Below, in pieces: positions 61,914 through 64,000 of a stretch of DNA of 64,000 nucleotides. Below the pieces are notes generated by a model. It was not told where the DNA came from and did not search any database. It was given only the letters and a program-made list of their open reading frames with translations. Each line of letters opens with the position of its first letter. Positions within the stretch are counted from its first letter, which is position 1. The stretch comes from Candidatus Deferrimicrobiaceae bacterium (GTDB lineage: Bacteria; Desulfobacterota; Deferrimicrobia; Deferrimicrobiales; Deferrimicrobiaceae): contig CAWBVY010000006.1 of the NCBI GenBank assembly GCA_963792415.1, positions 32,001 through 96,000 of the forward strand, in the 5' to 3' direction. A program made the translations under genes and the position numbers.

Positions 61914-62689
61914 GCGAAGTCCGCCTGCTTCCGTTCCTTGAAAATGCCCAACGGGAAATATTCCGACATCTCCCCGAGCACCCGCTTCTGCGCGTCCAGC
62001 GGTTTCATCCCCCAGTTCGTCGGGCAGGTGGAGAGGAACTCGACGATGGAGAGCCCCATCCCGGCGATCTGCATCTCGAACGCCTTCCGCACCGACTCCT
62101 TTGCCTTCCGGATCAGGGCGGGGGTCGAGACCGCGACCCGGGCCGAGTAGGCCGTCCCCTCGAGGCCGGCCAGGAGTTCGGCCATCCGGATCGGGTAGCC
62201 GTCGCCGAGGAAATCGCGCCCGTACGGGGTGGTGGAGGTCTTCTGTCCGAGCATGGTGGTGGGTGCCATCTGGCCCCCGGTCATTCCGTACGTCGTGTTG
62301 TTCACGAAGATCACGGAGAGGTTTTCCCCGCGGTTCGCCGCGTGGATGATCTCCGACGTTCCGATCGCCGCCAGGTCGCCGTCCCCCTGGTAGGTGAAGA
62401 CGAACTTGTCGGGCTGGGCGCGCTTGACGCCGGTCGCCACGGCAGGGGCGCGCCCGTGGGGCGCCTCTACCACGTCCACGTCGATGTAGTCGTACAGGAA
62501 GACCGCGCAGCCCACGCAGGCGACGCCGATCGTCTTCTCCCTGAGGCCATACCGGTCGATGCACTCGGCGACGATCTTGTGGATCGTTCCGTGGTGGCAG
62601 CCCGGGCAGAAGTGGCTCTTGACGTCGACCAGGCTCCGGGGCCGCGTGTACACCGGCTTCGAAAACCCGGCCTTCCCGGGAGCGCTCAT
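61910..62689 (-). CDS. 2-oxoacid:ferredoxin oxidoreductase beta (TPP) subunit, VOR-like
   Basis: [39 protein letters not shown]. Confidence 0.92.
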   Translation of the reverse strand: MSAPGKAGFSKPVYTRPRSLVDVKSHFCPGCHHGTIHKIVAECIDRYGLREKTIGVACVGCAVFLYDYIDVDVVEAPHGRAPAVATGVKRAQPDKFVFTYQGDGDLAAIGTSEIIHAANRGENLSVIFVNNTTYGMTGGQMAPTTMLGQKTSTTPYGRDFLGDGYPIRMAELLAGLEGTAYSARVAVSTPALIRKAKESVRKAFEMQIAGMGLSIVEFLSTCPTNWGMKPLDAQKRVLGEMSEYFPLGIFKERKQADFA

Positions 62690-63765
62690 CCCTTCCTCCT
62701 CGTCAGCCGGCGTATTTGTTCCAGAATCTCCTCGGGGGTGGGCATGACGCACGGTTTACCGAGGAATGCGATCCGGTCGTGAAGCGGCGTGGACTGCCGG
62801 ACATCTTCCACCATCTGGCCGGTGTTCATCTCGATGACAAGCAGGACGTCGACCGTCCTGGACAGTTCGAACACCTCCCGTTCGGGAAACGGGAAGAGCG
62901 TGATCGGACGCAGCATCCCGGCGGCGATCCCCTCCTTCCGGGCCCACTGGATGGCGGTTTTGCTCACGCGGGCGGCGGTCCCGAAGGCGACGATCGCGAT
63001 CGTCGCCCCGTCGAGCATGTACGACTCCGCCCGGACCTCGCTTTTGCGGATCCTCTCGTGCTTTTCGTGCAGTTTCCAGTTGTGGACTTCGATGGCGTTG
63101 TCTTTCAGGTGGAGGGATTTCACGTTTTGGCGCTCTCGACCCCCGCAACCGGTCAGCGCCCACGGTTTCTCCACGGTCGACGCCGGATCGTACGGAGACG
63201 CCACGAACGGCTCCTTCATCTGGCCGACGATGGCGTCCCCCAGGATCATGGCGGGCGTGCGGTACTTGTCCGCCAGGTCGAAGGCGAGCATGGTGAGGGC
63301 GTACATCTCCTGGACCGAGTGCGGCGCGAGGACGATCAGCCGGAACCCGCCGTGGCCGCCGCCCTTGACCGCCTGGAAGTAGTCCCCCTGGGAGGGGGCG
63401 ATGCCGCCGAGGCCCGGACCCGACCTGGAAATGTTGACGACCACCGCGGGCAGCTCGGACCCCGCCATGTAGGAGAGCCCTTCCTGCATGAGGGAGATCC
63501 CGGGACCCGAGGAGGATGTCATCACGCGCTTCCCGGAGGCGGAGGTGCCCAGCATCATGTTGATCGTCGCGACTTCGCTCTCCGCCTGCAGGAAGGTTCC
63601 GCCAAGGGCCGGCAGGTGCGCCGCCATGTATTCGGGGATGTCGTTCTGCGGGGTGATCGGGTACCCGTAATAGTGACGGCACCCGGCCGCCAGGGCGCCA
63701 AGGCAGATCGCCTCGTTCCCCTTGGTGAGGATCCGCTTCGTCGGGGACGGCGCCAGCGGGGTCAT
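62686..63765 (-). CDS. 2-oxoacid:ferredoxin oxidoreductase alpha subunit, 2-ketoisovalerate (VOR)-like
   Basis: KGNEA, GYPITPQ, QAESE, TSSSGPG, RSGPGLG..PSQGDY..KGGGHG. Confidence 0.9.
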   Translation of the reverse strand: MTPLAPSPTKRILTKGNEAICLGALAAGCRHYYGYPITPQNDIPEYMAAHLPALGGTFLQAESEVATINMMLGTSASGKRVMTSSSGPGISLMQEGLSYMAGSELPAVVVNISRSGPGLGGIAPSQGDYFQAVKGGGHGGFRLIVLAPHSVQEMYALTMLAFDLADKYRTPAMILGDAIVGQMKEPFVASPYDPASTVEKPWALTGCGGRERQNVKSLHLKDNAIEVHNWKLHEKHERIRKSEVRAESYMLDGATIAIVAFGTAARVSKTAIQWARKEGIAAGMLRPITLFPFPEREVFELSRTVDVLLVIEMNTGQMVEDVRQSTPLHDRIAFLGKPCVMPTPEEILEQIRRLTRRKG

Positions 63766-63971
63766 CGCCACACCAGGATGCACGCGTCGGGGCACGTCTC
63801 GGCGCAGATCGCGCACCCGGTGCAGTCGTCGGGACGCTCGAAGACCGCGGATCCGTATCCCTGGCGGTTGATGGTCGTGCCCATGGCGATGCACCCCTTC
63901 GGGCACGCGGGAACGCACAGTTCGCACGCCTTGCACCGCTCGAAATCGATCTCGATCCGCCCCGTCGCCGT
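63762..63971 (-). CDS. 2x[4Fe-4S] ferredoxin, oxidoreductase delta subunit (apparent ACG start)
   Basis: CKACELCVPACP and CTGCAICAETCP; stop overlaps the alpha-subunit ATG; GGAGG 8 nt before ACG; absent from the ORF track. Confidence 0.85.
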   Translation of the reverse strand, partial: TATGRIEIDFERCKACELCVPACPKGCIAMGTTINRQGYGSAVFERPDDCTGCAICAETCPDACILVWR

Positions 63972-64000
63972 AACGGTATCCTCCGCCGCCTAATCGTACT

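Overview
GC-rich bacterial chromosome segment; gene content and style suggest an anaerobic deltaproteobacterium-like lineage (inference). It appears to span the replication terminus. Genes run almost entirely on + from 1 to ~35.5 kb: Rrf2-iscS-mnmA-mtaB-rnc-era-der, guaBA, dnaE, hflX, thrS-infC-rpmI-rplT-pheST-ihfA, surE-pcm-M23-apt and three tRNAs. They run entirely on - from ~37.2 kb: GH57, a degenerate signalling pair, miaB and an ~18 kb acyl-CoA/branched-chain 2-oxoacid catabolic cluster. A near-consensus dif site sits at the switch (35541-35568). Accessory DNA is small: a 2.8 kb integrase-less island bounded by a 43-bp tRNA-Arg 3' direct repeat, and a ~1.6 kb AT-rich patch beside dif; both carry integron-cassette-like scars. 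The most interesting candidate system is the catabolic cluster. It combines a 2-oxoacid:ferredoxin oxidoreductase, an isobutyryl-CoA-type B12 mutase (Phe/Gln signature) preceded by a 4x57-bp structured tandem array, and a thiolase-fold protein lacking its catalytic Cys paired with a DUF35 protein (possible retro-aldolase). Other oddities are an AUC-started infC, an apparently ACG-started ferredoxin and a G7-tract frameshift in a GAF-GGDEF gene. All calls come from motif recognition by eye; no database searches were run.
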